64,000 bases of DNA from Eukaryota sp. TZLM1-RC (lineage: Eukaryota; Protista; Metamonada: BaSk clade), in NCBI GenBank assembly GCA_040285825.1, contig JAUPSS010000003.1, positions 2,108,001 through 2,172,000 of the forward strand, in the 5' to 3' direction. A model generated the notes under the pieces. The model did no database searches and was not told where the DNA came from. It worked only from the letters and a program-made list of their open reading frames with translations. Numbering within the stretch: the first letter of the stretch is position 1; each line of letters begins with the position of its first letter. The translations under genes and the position numbers were made by a program. Of the stretch, positions 25,413-38,914 are shown piece by piece.

Positions 25413-26117
25413 GAAGATAGTGAATCAGAAATTAGTTTTACCATTCCCTTAAAAATAGAAAATACAATCCTGTTTTGCCAGTAAACACGATTGAAAATTC
25501 TTCCAGTTCTTTCCTTTACAACTACAACAAAATCCTCAAGGAAAGCCATAGCAGCCTTACCTAGAGATCCAAGCAAAGAAAAAACAAATGGACATAAATT
25601 ATATTGGGCATGAGAATTTTCATTAACCGAGGAAATGGGTTTCGCATATTTAGCAATTTTATATTTTTCGCCTGCAAGAAGAGGATTATTTACATCCGAG
25701 TTAATGAGATGTTCGTTAGAGGAATTACAAGGGTCAATAGACATGGCGTCCAAAATAGTAAAACTACCATTTAAACCAGGAACAACTAGATCAACTCTAG
25801 TCAGACCCATAGAAGCTCTGTTGTAACGCGTACTATCAATATTGGGATTATCAAGAATTAATTTTGATAACAGCGGTTCTAAAAAGGAATCTACTCTATA
25901 TGATTTGCACATTACATAGATTTGGTCCCTGACGTTATTATGCACTTTGCTTCTAAACGTAATGAAATGTTTGCAGTTCAAAAGATGAGTAAACAAAAGA
26001 GGTTTACCACATTTACAAGTTAAATGATTGGGCAAATTGTTTGGCCACAGAAAACAACGAAAACGCATGTTTAGAAGCCATTCATTGTTTTTTAACAAAA
26101 GTCCATAAACATTGGGA
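25413..26117 (-). mobile_element. Family B RLE fragment
   Basis: ORF 25328..26098 matches the B C-terminus. Confidence 0.85.
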
Positions 26118-26119
26118 AC

Positions 26120-27661
26120 TTTAATTCATTGAGAACAGAATTTTTTGCTGATTTATTGGATGTAGAACCAGGAATGTTGAAAAGTCACTTATTTTCTTCA
26201 GCAAATTTGGGTGGTATTGGATTTACTAAATCTTCAATTCTGTGTCAATCAGCATTCTTGGGTGGTGGCAAAAATTTTATTTATGAATTTTCTCGTAGAT
26301 TTCCTGATGATTCTCATCTGTTAGTTCCCTATTGCAGTCCTTATTTGTATGAGTTATCTTGTGAACTTGAAAAATTGCCGCCACAAATTTGGACCAAATG
26401 TTTTCCTCAATCAATTCAAGAAATTCCAAACCGATCTCTTTTTAATTTACAGTTTTGGTAAAAAGCTTCAACAAAAATTGTCAAAGATTTTTGAAAGCTT
26501 GGATTTTGATGTTAGACTTGGCTTGGCCAAGAAAAAGAATCCCGCTTTTGCAAATCTTTTACAAGATATGTGTGACAGTACTTCTTCTGCCTTAGTAACA
26601 ACAATTCCCCAAGTTTATGGTACTCTCTTAACCGATTCTGCTTGGACTCTCAATATGAGATTTCGTTCCTTTATCTGGCCTAATAATTTACCTCATAATT
26701 TAATTTGTAAATGTTCTCGGGAAATTACAACTACTCATTTGTTAAATTGTAAACATTTTATTACTTTTAGAAGCAAGGTTCATGATGCTGTAAGAGACCA
26801 GTTATATTGTATGTGTAAATCTCATAGAATTGAATCCTTCTTGGAACCTCTGTTGTCAAATCTGTTTGATGCTGAAGATGATTTTCGTAAGAATAATAGA
26901 GGTGATGTTATATAACCTGGATTAGATGGAAGTTTCATTTTATTGGATGTAATGTCTGTTGATCCTTGTAATGCCTCAAATGAAAGGCTAGTTAATTCTG
27001 AAATTCATAATCCCCTTTCAAATTTTTTTTATTTAACTTATTTATTTTTATTCAACAACAAATATGAAATACACAATTAAAACTCCACATCCTCAAAACC
27101 TGCCTCCCCTACATCAAAACAATTAATTGCTAAAGATCCCCTTTCAAATGCTGAAAATTTTTAATTCAAAAAATACAAATGTTTTCCTCAATCAATTCAA
27201 GAAATTCCAAACCGATCTCTTTTTAATTTACAGTTTTGCTGTAAAAAGCTTCAACAAAAATTGTCAAAGATTTTTGAAAGCTTGGATTTTGATGTTAGAC
27301 TTGGCTTGGCCAAGAAAAAGAATCCCGCTTTTGCAAATCTTTTACAAGATATGTGTGACAGTACTTCTTCTGCCTTAGTAACAACAATTCCACCAGTTTA
27401 TGGTACTCTCTTATCCGATTCTGGTTGGACTCTGAATATGAGATTTCGTTCCTTTATCTGGCCTGATAAGTTACCTCATAATTGAATTTGTAAATGTTCT
27501 CGAGAAATTACAACTACTCATTTGTTAAATTGTAAACATTTTATTACTTTTAGAAGCAAGGTTCATGATGCTGTAAGAGACCAGTTATATTGTATGTGTA
27601 AATCTCATAGAATTGAATCCTTCTTGGAACCTTTGTTGTCAAATCTGTTTGATGCTGAAGA
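26120..27661 (+). mobile_element. Rearranged family A fragments with antisense B tail (27024-27135)
   Basis: TSD atcccctttcaaat at 27010-27023 and 27136-27149; internal jump back at ~27175; premature stops. Confidence 0.82.
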
Positions 27662-29059
27662 TTTTTTTTCTCCCTCCGTTAGTCAACCCTCTCATATTTC
27701 ACTTTCTGTCAAGGCGTCAAAGTCTTACTGTTTCTCTGTCAAAACGATGCCATTGGCTGATAGTGACTCTGATACTGATTGGAACACCCGAGTAAAGATT
27801 CTACCAGTCAGATCAAGCTCATCCTCTTCACTTCCCCACTCTCCCCACAATACAAGCTATGCTCGAAATTCATCTCAAAAAAATTTTCATTCAAAAACTG
27901 ATCATTGTACCAGAAAAAACACACAAAAACCACAATTACGATCCTTACGTTCTGTTGCGCGTTCTATCAACAACTTCGTTTCTCGAAATTTGTTTGCTCC
28001 AGCTGAAATTGGAAAAAGTCAAAAATCTATTTCTACTTTTAACTCACCAATTGACAAAATAGAAATAACAGAAAAAATAAAACCTTTACCATTAAAAGGT
28101 TCTAAAAAATGTTCGATTTGTGGTATCAGTAATCATAATTCGAGAACATGCCCTGAAAAACAAAAAAGAGAAATTGAATTAAAATCTGCTCAACAAATTC
28201 TTGAATGTTCTGTTCCAGCTGATGCTGTTGTGAAAGGTGCTGAAAATAATGTTTCTGACGATCAACATTTAAATGCTTCTAGTGCTCACTCTTCTTCCCC
28301 TTCTGAAAACAGAAATTTTTGTTGTCCATTTTGCAAAAAAGATGTTATAGATTCAAGAAATGGTCGAAAACTTCTGTTTTGTACGAATTGTGAAGCCGTT
28401 GATACCGTAAGACCCCCAATCCGGATCCCAGTAGAAATTAGCCCCGCCAGCACAATCCTTTTCTCAATGGAAATGAGAAATTTTACTTCTGAATTGAAAA
28501 ATAATAAGTGGAATATTTCAAAAAAATTGTAAAATCAAAAATTTGCCGAAAATTGTGCTTACGTGGTCGTTATGGTGCCGCAAAGCAGTCCTTGTTTTCC
28601 TCTTCTTTGGCTGATGCAAACTCTGATACCCTTGAAAAACTTCAAAAGTTGCATCCTCAAGAAAATTTCAAGTGCAGCAAGCCTGATGTGTGTCCTTTTT
28701 GGATTGAAAATCCTATTACTGCAATTGAAGTTCTTAAAGCTATTCAAAAATTACCAAAGGGGAAAGCAGCAGGCCCATCTGGAATTTCTTTTGATGTCTT
28801 AAAAATAGCATGTTCCAGTGCTCCTGAAATTGCTGATGATCTAGCCCATTATTTTCCACAATTAAATGTTTTGAAAATTAATCCTCCATTTGAATTACTC
28901 GCTGCACGTCTGATTGCTTTAGTAAAGCCTGGAAACGGAATCAAACCTGATGGAATACGCCCAATTGCTGTTGGTGAATCTCTTTCTCGTTTTCTAGCAT
29001 CAATTGTCTTCGATCGTGTCAAAGACAATGCTTCTACATTTTTGAATCCTCATCAATTT

Positions 29060-32000
29060 TTTTTTTTTTTTTTTTTTTTAAAATTTAATTTTATTCTAAA
29101 CCTATAAATCAACATCTAAAAAAATCCATCTCTCCCAAAACAAAAACACTAGATGCAACTCTCTCATAGTGAGATCCAAGAGAAAGCAAAGCATCAGAAA
29201 CCATCTTCAACATCCCCTTAAAAATAGAAAACACAATTCTATTTTGCCAAAACAATCTGTTGAAATTTCTGCCAGTTCTTCTCTTTACAATCATTTCAAA
29301 ATCATCCAAAAAACGTAAAGCAGTTGGTGCAAGTGAACCAAAAAGGGAAAATACAAATGGATACAAATTGTATTTTGCATGCTGTAGACTGGCCAATTTG
29401 GACAAAGGTTCATTGTATTTTTTGAATTTAAAATTTTCAGCATTTGAAAGGGGATTATGAATTTCAGAATTAACAAGCCTTTCATTTGAGGCATTACAAG
29501 GATCAACAGACATTACATCCAATAAAATGAAGCTTCCATCTAATCCAGGTAATATGACATCACCTCTATTATTCTTATGAAAATCATTTTCAGCATCAAA
29601 CAGATTTGACAACAAAGGTTCCAAGAAGGATTCAATTCTATGAGATTTACACATACAATATAACTGGTCTCTTACAGCATCATGAACCTTGCTTCTAAAA
29701 GTAATAAAATGTTTACAATTTAACAAATGAGTAGTTGTAATTTCTCGAGAACATTTACAAATTAAATTATGAGGTAAATTATCAGGCCAGATAAAGGAAC
29801 GAAATCTCATATTCAGAGTCCAAGCAGAATCGGATAAGAGAGTACCATAAACTTGTGGAATTGTTGTTACTAAGGCAGAAGAAGTACTGTCACACATATC
29901 TTGTAAAAAGATTTGCAAAAGCGGGATTCTTTTTCTTGGCCAAGCCAAGTCTAACATCAAAATCCAAGCTTTCAAAAATCTTTGACAATTTTTGTTGAAG
30001 CTTTTTACAGCAAAACTGTAAATTAAATAGAGATCGGTTTGGAATTTCTTGAATTGATTGAGGAAAACATTTGGTCCAAATTTGTGGCGGTAATTTTTCA
30101 AGTTCACAAGATAACTCATACAAATAGGGACTACAATTGGGGACTAACAGATGAGAATCATCAGGAAATCTACGAGAAAATTCATAAATAAAATTTTTGC
30201 CACCACCCAAGAATGCTGATTGACACAAAATTGAAGATTTAGTAAATCCAATACCCCCAAATTTGCTGAAGAAAATAAATGGCTTTTCAACATTCCTGGT
30301 TCTACATCCAATAAATCAGCAAAAATTCTGTTCTCAATGAATTAAAAGAACGACAAAAATCTAATGCTATGGAAGGAGCACAAGATCTCAAAATGTGGGT
30401 TATTCTCCCAGTGTAGCAAATTTTAAGCATAAAAAATTTAATATGCTTTTCTATATCTAAAGAAGAAATTGAATCAAGTTCAATTTTCATTTTTTCCAAA
30501 ATAACTTGCAATTCATTCTGAATTTGAGGCACATTTCCTAACCAACAACCAAGGAACTTAAAAGCATCACTACTATAATTAGTAAAAGGGACAATAGAAT
30601 CATTTATCACGAGGTCTTGAGCAGAAGAGCCAATCAGAAGGCATTTGCTGGCATTAAGATGAAGCCCAATATTTTCATATGAATCGGCAATTTCTTGAGC
30701 AACCAATTCTAGTAAATCAAATGAACCAATCAAGGATATATCATCCATATAAGCAACTATTTTTATAGAAGGGTATTTTTGCTTAATGATATTTAAAGTT
30801 TTGTGAATAGCCAAACAAAACAATAATGGACCTAAAGGGTCACCTTGCTTCACACCAGAAGATGATTTAAGAGCAAATGAATTAAAAATTAAATCTGATT
30901 CTTTACCATAAAAATGGTAGAAAAAACTCGATAGCTCAGGAAAATCAGATTTAATAACTTCAAAAATTGCTTCTCGCTTTACAGAATTAAAAGCATTTTT
31001 AAAGTCGAGATTAAAAATAAAATTATTTTCCTCTGCATTAAAAAAGGTATCAGAGGCAATAGCAGCAACAGAAGCACCATCAATTGTTTTGATTCCAAAT
31101 TGATGAGGATTCAAAAATGTAGAGGCTTTGTCTTTGACACGATCGAAGACAATTGATGCCAGCAAACGAGAAAGAGATTCACCAACAGCAATTGGGCGTA
31201 TTCCATCAGGTTTGATTCCGTTTCCAGGCTTTACTAAAGCAATCAGACGTGCTGCGAGCAATTCAAATGGAGGATTTATTTTCAAAACAATTAATTGTTG
31301 AAAATAGTGGGCTAGATCATCAGCAATTTCGGGAGCACTGGAACACGCTATTTTTAAGAGATCAAAAGAAATTCCAGATGGGCCTGCTGCTTTCCCCTTA
31401 GGTAATTTTTGAATAGCTTTAAGAACCTCAATTGCAGTAATAGGATTTTCAATCCAAAAAGGACACACTTCAGGCTTGCTGCACTTGAAATTTTCTTGAG
31501 GATGCAACTTTTGAAGTTTTTCAAGGGTATCAGAGTTTACATCAGCCAAAGAAGAGGAAAACAAAGACTGCTTTGCGGCACCATAACGACCACGTAAGCA
31601 CAATTTTCGGCAAATTTTGATTTTACAATTTTTCTATTTCCAAATTTTTTCTTAAAACAATTTTTGTTTTTTCTAGCAAAATATTTCCAGAAGGATGAAA
31701 TATTCCACTTATTATTTTTCAATTCAGAAGTAAAATTTCTCATTTCCATTGAGAAGGGCATTGTGCTGGCGGGACTTATTTCTACTGGGATCCGGATCGG
31801 GGGTCTTACGGTATCAACGGCTTTACAATTCGTACAAAACAGAAGTTTTCGACCATTTCGTGAATCTGCAACATTTTTTTTTGCAAAATGGACAACAAAA
31901 ATTACTGTTTTCAGAAGGGGAAGAAGAGGGAACACTAGAAGCATTTAACTGTTGATCGTCAGAAACATTATTTTCAGCACCTTTCACAACGGCAACAGCT

Positions 32001-32554
32001 GGAACAGAACATTTGAGAATTTGTTGAGCAGATTTTAATTCAAATTCTCTTTTTTGTTTCTCAGGGCACGTTCTCGAATTATGACCACTGATACCACAAA
32101 TCGAACATTTTTTAGAACCTTTTAATGGCAGTGGTTTCATTTTTTCAGTTCTTTCAATTTTGTCAATTTTTGAGTTAAAAGTAGAAATAGACTTTTGACT
32201 TTTGCAGTTTCAGCTGGAGAAAACAAATTTCGAGAAACGGAGTTGTTAATAGAACGCGCAACAGAACGCAAGGAACGTAATGGTGGTTTTTCTGTGTTTT
32301 TTCTGGTACAATGATCAGTTTTTGAATGAAATTTTTTTTGAGATGAATTTCGAGCATAGCTTGTATTGTGGGGAGAGTGGGGAAGTGGAATGGATGAGCT
32401 TGATCTGACTGGTAGAATCTTTGCTTGGGCGTTCCAATCAGTATCAGAGTCACTATCAGCCAAAGGCATCGTTTTGACAGAGAAACAGTACGACTTTGAC
32501 GCCTTGACAGAAAGTGAAATATGAAAGGGTTGACTAAGGGAGGGAGAAAAAAAA
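29060..32554 (-). mobile_element. Full-length ~3.5 kb family A element, probably the youngest full-length copy
   Basis: ATG 32469 to stop near 29102; 23-nt T run at 29057-29079; 15-bp TSD aatcctcatcaattt at 29045-29059 and 32555-32569; frame breaks only in homopolymers as far as seen. Confidence 0.93.
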
Positions 32555-33764
32555 AATCCTCATCAATTTGGAATCAAAACAATTGATGGTGCTTCTGTTG
32601 CTGCTATTGCCTCTGATACATTTTTTAATGCAGAGGAAAATAATTTTATTTTTAATCTCGACTTTAAAAATGCCTTTAATTCTGTAAAGCGAGAAGCAAT
32701 TTTTGAAGTTATTAAATCTGATTTTCCTGAGCTATCGAGTTTTTTCTACCATTTTTATGGGAAAGAATCGGATTTAATTTTTAATTCATTTGGTCTTAAA
32801 TCATCTTCTGGTGTGAAGCAAGGTGATCCTTTAGGCCCGTTATTGTTTTGTTTAGCTATTCACAAAATTTTAAATATCATTAAGCAAAAATACCCTTCTA
32901 TAAAAATAGTTGCTTATATGGATGATATATCCTTGATTGGTTCATTTGATTTACTAGAATTGGTTGCTCAAGAAATTGCCGATTCATATGAAAATATTGG
33001 GCTTCATCTTAATGCCAGCAAATGCCTTCTGATTGGATCTTCTGCTCAAGATCTCGTGATAAACGATTCTATTGTCCCTTTTACTAATTATAGTAGTGAT
33101 GCTTTTAAGTTCCTTGGTTGTTGGTTAGGAAACGTGCCTCAAATTCAGAATAAATTACAAGTTATTTTGGAAAAAATGAAAATTGAACTTGATTCAATTT
33201 CTTCTTTAGATATAGAAAAACATATTAAATTTTTCATGCTTAAAATTTGCTACACTGGGAGAATAACCCACATTTTGAGATCTTGTGCTCCTTCCATAGC
33301 ATTAGATTTTTGTCGTTCTTTTAATTCATTGAGAACAGAATTTTTTGCTGATTTATTGGATGTAGAACCAGGAATGTTGAAAAGCCATTTATTTTCTTCA
33401 GCAAATTTGGGTGGTATTGGATTTACTAAATCTTCAATTCTGTGTCAATCAGCATTCTTGGGTGGTGTCAAAAATTTTATTTATGAATTTTCTCGTAGAT
33501 TTCCTGATGATTCTCATCTGTTAGTTCCCAATTGCAGTTTTTATTTGTATGAGTTGTCTTGTGAACTTGAAAAATTGCCGCCACAAATTTGGACCAAATG
33601 TTCAATCAATTCAAGAAATTCCAAACCGATCTCTTTTTAATTTACAGTTTTGCTGTAAAAAGCTTCAACAAAAATTGTCAAAGATTTTTGAAAGCTTGGA
33701 TTTTGATGTTAGACTTGGCTTGGCCAAGAAAAAGAATCCCGCTTTTGCAAATCTTTTACAAGAT

Positions 33765-36700
33765 ATGTGTGACAGTACTTCTTCTGCCTTAGTAACAACA
33801 ATTCCACAAGTTTATGGTACTCTCTTATCCGATTCTGCTTGGACTCTGAATATGAGATTTCGTTCCTTTATCTGGCCTGATAATTTACCTAATAATTTAA
33901 TTTGTAAATGTTCTCGAGAAATTACAACTACTCATTTGTTAAATTGTAAACATTTTATTACTTTTTAGAAGCAAGGTTCATGATGCTGTAAGAGACCAGT
34001 TATATTGTATGTGTAAATCTCATAGAATTGAATCCTTCTTGGAACCTCTGTTGTCAAATTTGTTTGATGCTGAAAATGATTTTCATAAGAATAATAGAGG
34101 TGATGTCATATTACCTGGATTAGATGGAAGCTTCATTTTATTGGATGTAATGTCTGTTGATCCTTGTAATGCCTCAAATGAAAGGCTTGTTAATTCTGAA
34201 ATTCATAATCCCCTTTCAAATGCTGAAAATTTTAAATTCAAAAAATACAATGAACCTTTGTCCAAATTGACCAGTCTACAGCATGCAAAATACAATTTGT
34301 ATCCATTTGTATTTTCCCTTTTTGGTTCACTTGCACCAACTGCTTTACGTTTTTTGGATGATTTTGAAATGATTGTAAAGAGAAGAACTGGCAGAAATTT
34401 CAACAGATTGTTTTGGCAAAATGCTTTCAATTCTGTGAAACGTAATTGTATTTTTGATGTGCTTCTTCATGATTTTCCTGAACTTTCTGCATATTTTTAT
34501 TTATTTTATGGAAAAAAATCAGACTTAATTTTTGACACCTTTGCCCTTGAATCTTCTTCTGGTGTGAAACAAGGTGATCCTCTTGGCCCTTTGCTGTTTT
34601 GTTTGGCTATTCATAATATTATTAAAATGACACAACAAGATTTCCCTGATTTGCGTATTGTTGCCTATATGGATGACATTTCTATTATTGGTTCTTTTGA
34701 AAGCATTTCTAGGGTCTCTGAAGACATTGCGGCGAAATACAAAGAAATTGGATTAGCTTTGAACCCATCTAAATGTCTCTTGATTGGTAGAGAAAAACAA
34801 TCTTTGATGATTGGTGGAGCTCAGATTCCTTTTATCAATTATGACCAACAAGCTTTTAAGTTTCTTGGATGTTGGCTTGGCAATTTGGATGAAATTTATT
34901 CCCAGTTAAACAATTTATTGGAGAAGTTTGACAAGGATCTTAGTTTTATTGCTGAATGTGACATTGAGAAACACATCATATTTTTTATTTTAAAAATTTG
35001 TTATTCTGGAAAATTCACTCATATTTTAAGGTCAACTCCCCCTTCGGTATCTCTCAATTTTTGCAGATGTTTTAACAAACTTCGAGTCAAATTTTTTTCT
35101 TCTTTATTAGAAGTAAATGAATCTTTAATTCGAAGTCATGTATTTTGTTCAGCAGATTTGGGTGGCATTGGATTCACCAAATCTTCGATTCTGTGTAAAG
35201 CAGCATTTTTGGGAGGTGGTAAAAATTTTGTTTTTGAATTTTTCCAAAGGTTCCAAAGGTGTGTGACAGTACTTCTTCTGCCTTAGTAACAACAATTCCA
35301 CAAGTTTATGGTACTCTCTTATCCGATTCTGCTTGGACTCTGAATATGAGATTTCGTTCCTTTATCTGGCCTGATAATTTACCTCATAATTTAATTTGTA
35401 AATGTTCTCGAGAAATTACAACTACTCATTTGTTAAATTGTAAACATTTTATTACTTTTAGAAGCAAGGTTCATGATGCTGTAAGAGACCAGTTATATTG
35501 TATGTGTAAATATCATAGAATTGAATCCTTCTTGGAACCTCTGTTGTCAAATCTGTTTGATGCTGAAGATGATTTTCATAAGAATAATAGAGGTGATGTT
35601 ATATTACCTGGATTAGATGGAAGTTTCATTTTATTGGATGTAATGTCTGTTGATCCTTGTAATGTCTCAATTGAAAGGCTAGTTGATTCTGAAATTCATA
35701 ATCCCCTTTCAAATGCTGAAAATTTTAAATTCAAACAATACAATGAACCTTTGTCCAAATTGGCCAGTCTACAGCATGCAAACTACAATTTGTATCCATT
35801 TGTATTTTCCCTTTTTGGTTCACTTGCACCAACTGCTTTACGTTTTTTGGATGATTTTGAAATGATTGTAAAGAGAAGAACTGGCAGAAATTTCAACAGA
35901 TTGTTTTGGCAAAATGCTTTCAATTCTGTGAAACGTAATTGTATTTTTGATGTGCTTCTTCATGATTTTCCTGAACTTTCTGCATATTTTTATTTATTTT
36001 ATGGAAAAAAATCAGACTTAATTTTTGACACCTTTGCCCTTGAATCTTCTTCTGGTGTGAAACAAGGTGATCCTCTTGGCCCTTTGCTGTTTTGTTTGGC
36101 TATTCATAATATTATTAAAATGACACAACAAGATTTCCCTGATTTGCGTATTGTTGCCTATATGGATGACATTTCTATTATTGGTTCTTTTGAAAGCATT
36201 TCTAGGGTCTCTGAAGACATTGCAGCGAAATACAAAGAAATTGGATTAGCTTTGAACCCATCTAAATGTCTCTTGATTGGTAGAGAAAAACAATCTTTGA
36301 TGATTGGTGGAGCTCAGATTCCTTTTATCAATTATGACCAACAAGCTTTTAAGTTTCTTGGATGTTGGCTTGGCAATTTGGATGAAATTTATTCCCAGTT
36401 AAACAATTTATTGGAGAAGTTTGACAAGGATCTTAGTTTTATTGCTGAATGTGACATTGAGAAACACATCATATTTTTTATTTTAAAAATTTGTTATTCT
36501 GGAAAATTCACTCATATTTTAAGGTCAACTCCCCCTTCGGTACCTCTCAATTTTTGCAGATCTTTTAACAAACTTCGAGTCAAATTTTTTTCTTCTTTAT
36601 TAGAAGTAAATGAATCTTTAATTCGAAGTCATGTATTTTGTTCAGCAGATTTGGGTGGAATTGGATTCACCAAATCTTCGATTCTGTGTAAAGCAGCATT

Positions 36701-37410
36701 TTTGGGAGGTGGAAAAAATTTTGTTTTTGAATTTTTCCAAAGGTTCCCTCATATCTTTTACAAGATATGTGTGACAGTACTTCTTCTGCCTTAGTAACAA
36801 CAATTCCACAAGTTTATGGTACTCTCTTATCCGATTCTGCTTGGACTCTGAATATGAGATTTCGTTCCTTTATCTGGCCTGATAATTTACCTCATAATTT
36901 AATTTGTAAATGTTCTCGAGAAATTACAACTACTCATTTGTTAAATTGTAAACATTTTATTACTTTTAGAAGCAAGGTTCATGATGCTGTAAGAGACCAG
37001 TTATATTGTATGTGTAAATCTCATAGAATTGAATCCTTCTTGGAACCTCTGTTGTCAAATCTGTTTGATACTAAAGATGATTTTCATAAAAATAATAGAG
37101 TGATGTTATATTACCTGGATTAGATGGAAGTTTCATTTTATTGGATGTAATGTCTGTTGATCCTTGTAATGCCTCAAATGAAAGGCTAGTTAATTCTGAA
37201 ATTCATAATCCCCTTTCAAATGCTGAAAATTTCAAATTCAAAAAATACAATGAACCTCTGTCCAAATTGGCCAGTCTACAGCATGCAAAATACAATTTGT
37301 ATCCATTTGTATTTTCCCTTTTTGGTTCACTTGCACCAACTGCTTTACGTTTTTTGGATGATTTTGAAATGATTGTAAAAAGAAGAACTGGCAGAAATTT
37401 CAACAGATTG
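33765..37410 (+). repeat. Tandem ~1.49 kb chimeric unit A(RLE)-B(RT), pattern A-B-A-B-A
   Basis: Identical junction ttttggcaaaat|gctttcaattc at ~34422 and ~35915; B segments 34423-35254 and 35916-36749. Confidence 0.9.
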
Positions 37411-37569
37411 TTTTGGCAAAATAGAATTGTGTTTTCTATTTTTAAGGGGATATTGAAGATGGTTTCTGATGCTTTGCTTTCTCTTGGATCTCACTATGAG
37501 AGAGTTGCATCTAGTGTTTTTGTTCTGGGAGAGATGGATTTTTTAGATGTTGATTTATAGGTTTTGAAT

Positions 37570-38912
37570 CATCCTTATGAAGACCCTATAATGGATCAAA
37601 ATTTTTGCGGGACTTACTGGGAAAATTATCCATTAATGGCATCAGAAGTATTTTCGGTGATAAAAAAAGGCCATGCGGTAAGTCTGCCAAACTTTCTGGT
37701 ATTACTATCGATCATGTAAAAGCCGCAATTATTTCTTCAGAGGATTGTCTTGGTTTATTAACCAAATTCTTCAACAAAATATTGACTGGTCAACTCAAAT
37801 ACCCAGAAGAATTAAGAAGTTCTCGTTTGACTGCACTTGTCAAAAATTCAAAAATGGATGTTCGTCCTATTGCAGTCTCTGAGAGCTTACACAATATTTT
37901 TTCTGCGTGTTGCTTAAGCAGGTTCAATGAAAAAGCTAAAAAGATTTTATTACCCTTTCAATATGGTATAAATACTACAGATGGAGTCTCTTCAGCGATT
38001 TTTGCTACTGATGTTTTATTTCGCCAAAATGAATCCAATGTTTGTATGTCATTGGATTTTAGTAATGCTTTCAATTCACTAAGTCGTCGCAGTATCCATG
38101 GTGCTCTATTGCAATATATGCCGGAATTAATACCGTATTTTCAATCAACATATTGCACATATTCTAATTTACATTTTGGTAACCACATTTTGAGTTCATC
38201 AAGTGGCGTAAAGCAAGGAGATCCGTTAGGACCTCTTTTGTTTTGTTTGGCCATTCATCCTATTTTACTGCAAATTCAAGAGATGTTTCCTTCACTAAAA
38301 ATGATTGCATATATGGATGATGTTGTGCTTATTGGTGATTTAAATATTGTGAAACAAGCAACTGTATGTTTTAAAGAATTATTTACCAAAATTGGTCTCC
38401 GACTTAATTTACTTAAATGTGTTTTGTTATCGAATTCTCCAGTTTCCACAATAGTTGATGATACTGAAATTCAAGCCAAATTATATTCAATTGATGCTAT
38501 TCGTCATTTGGGTTCGTTTTTAGGAAATAATGATGAAATAACCAAAAAATTGTTTGAAAAGTTGAACTCAATTTCTGACAAAATTGACCGAATGATGAAT
38601 TTAGATATAAAAAAACACATCAAATTTACCATTATAAGACTGTGTTTTAGTTCCAATTTTAATCATATATTTCGATCTACAAATCCTCTCGTCACTAGAC
38701 CTTTGGCTCAAAAGTTTAATGAGTTACGTGCAAAAGTTCTGTCTCAATTACTGGGATGTAAAATGTTTCAAATTCCAGATCATGCTTACCTTAGTCCACA
38801 TTATGGTGGTTTAGGGTGGACGAAGGCTTCTATTCTTACCTCGTGTGCTTTTGTTGGTGGATGCAGAAATGCAATCTTTGAGTTTTCCGAAAGATTTGCA
38901 GATTGGGAAGAT
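37570..38912 (+). mobile_element. Family C RT fragment (longest 5' extent of C in the window)
   Basis: ORF 37605..38927, 440 aa, with RT motifs. Confidence 0.88.
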
Positions 38913-38914
38913 TT

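Larger units (their letters stand above)
27662..37569 (+). mobile_element. Family A element hosting a full-length antisense A and two B RT segments
   Basis: 5' end at 27662; RT resumes at 32555; final stop at 37560. Confidence 0.82.

Noticed and set aside
32526-32546. Telomere-like or G-quadruplex motif agggttgactaagggagggag at element 5' ends
   Set aside because: Only three G-tracts, only two in several copies, and no tandem telomeric repeat anywhere in the window.
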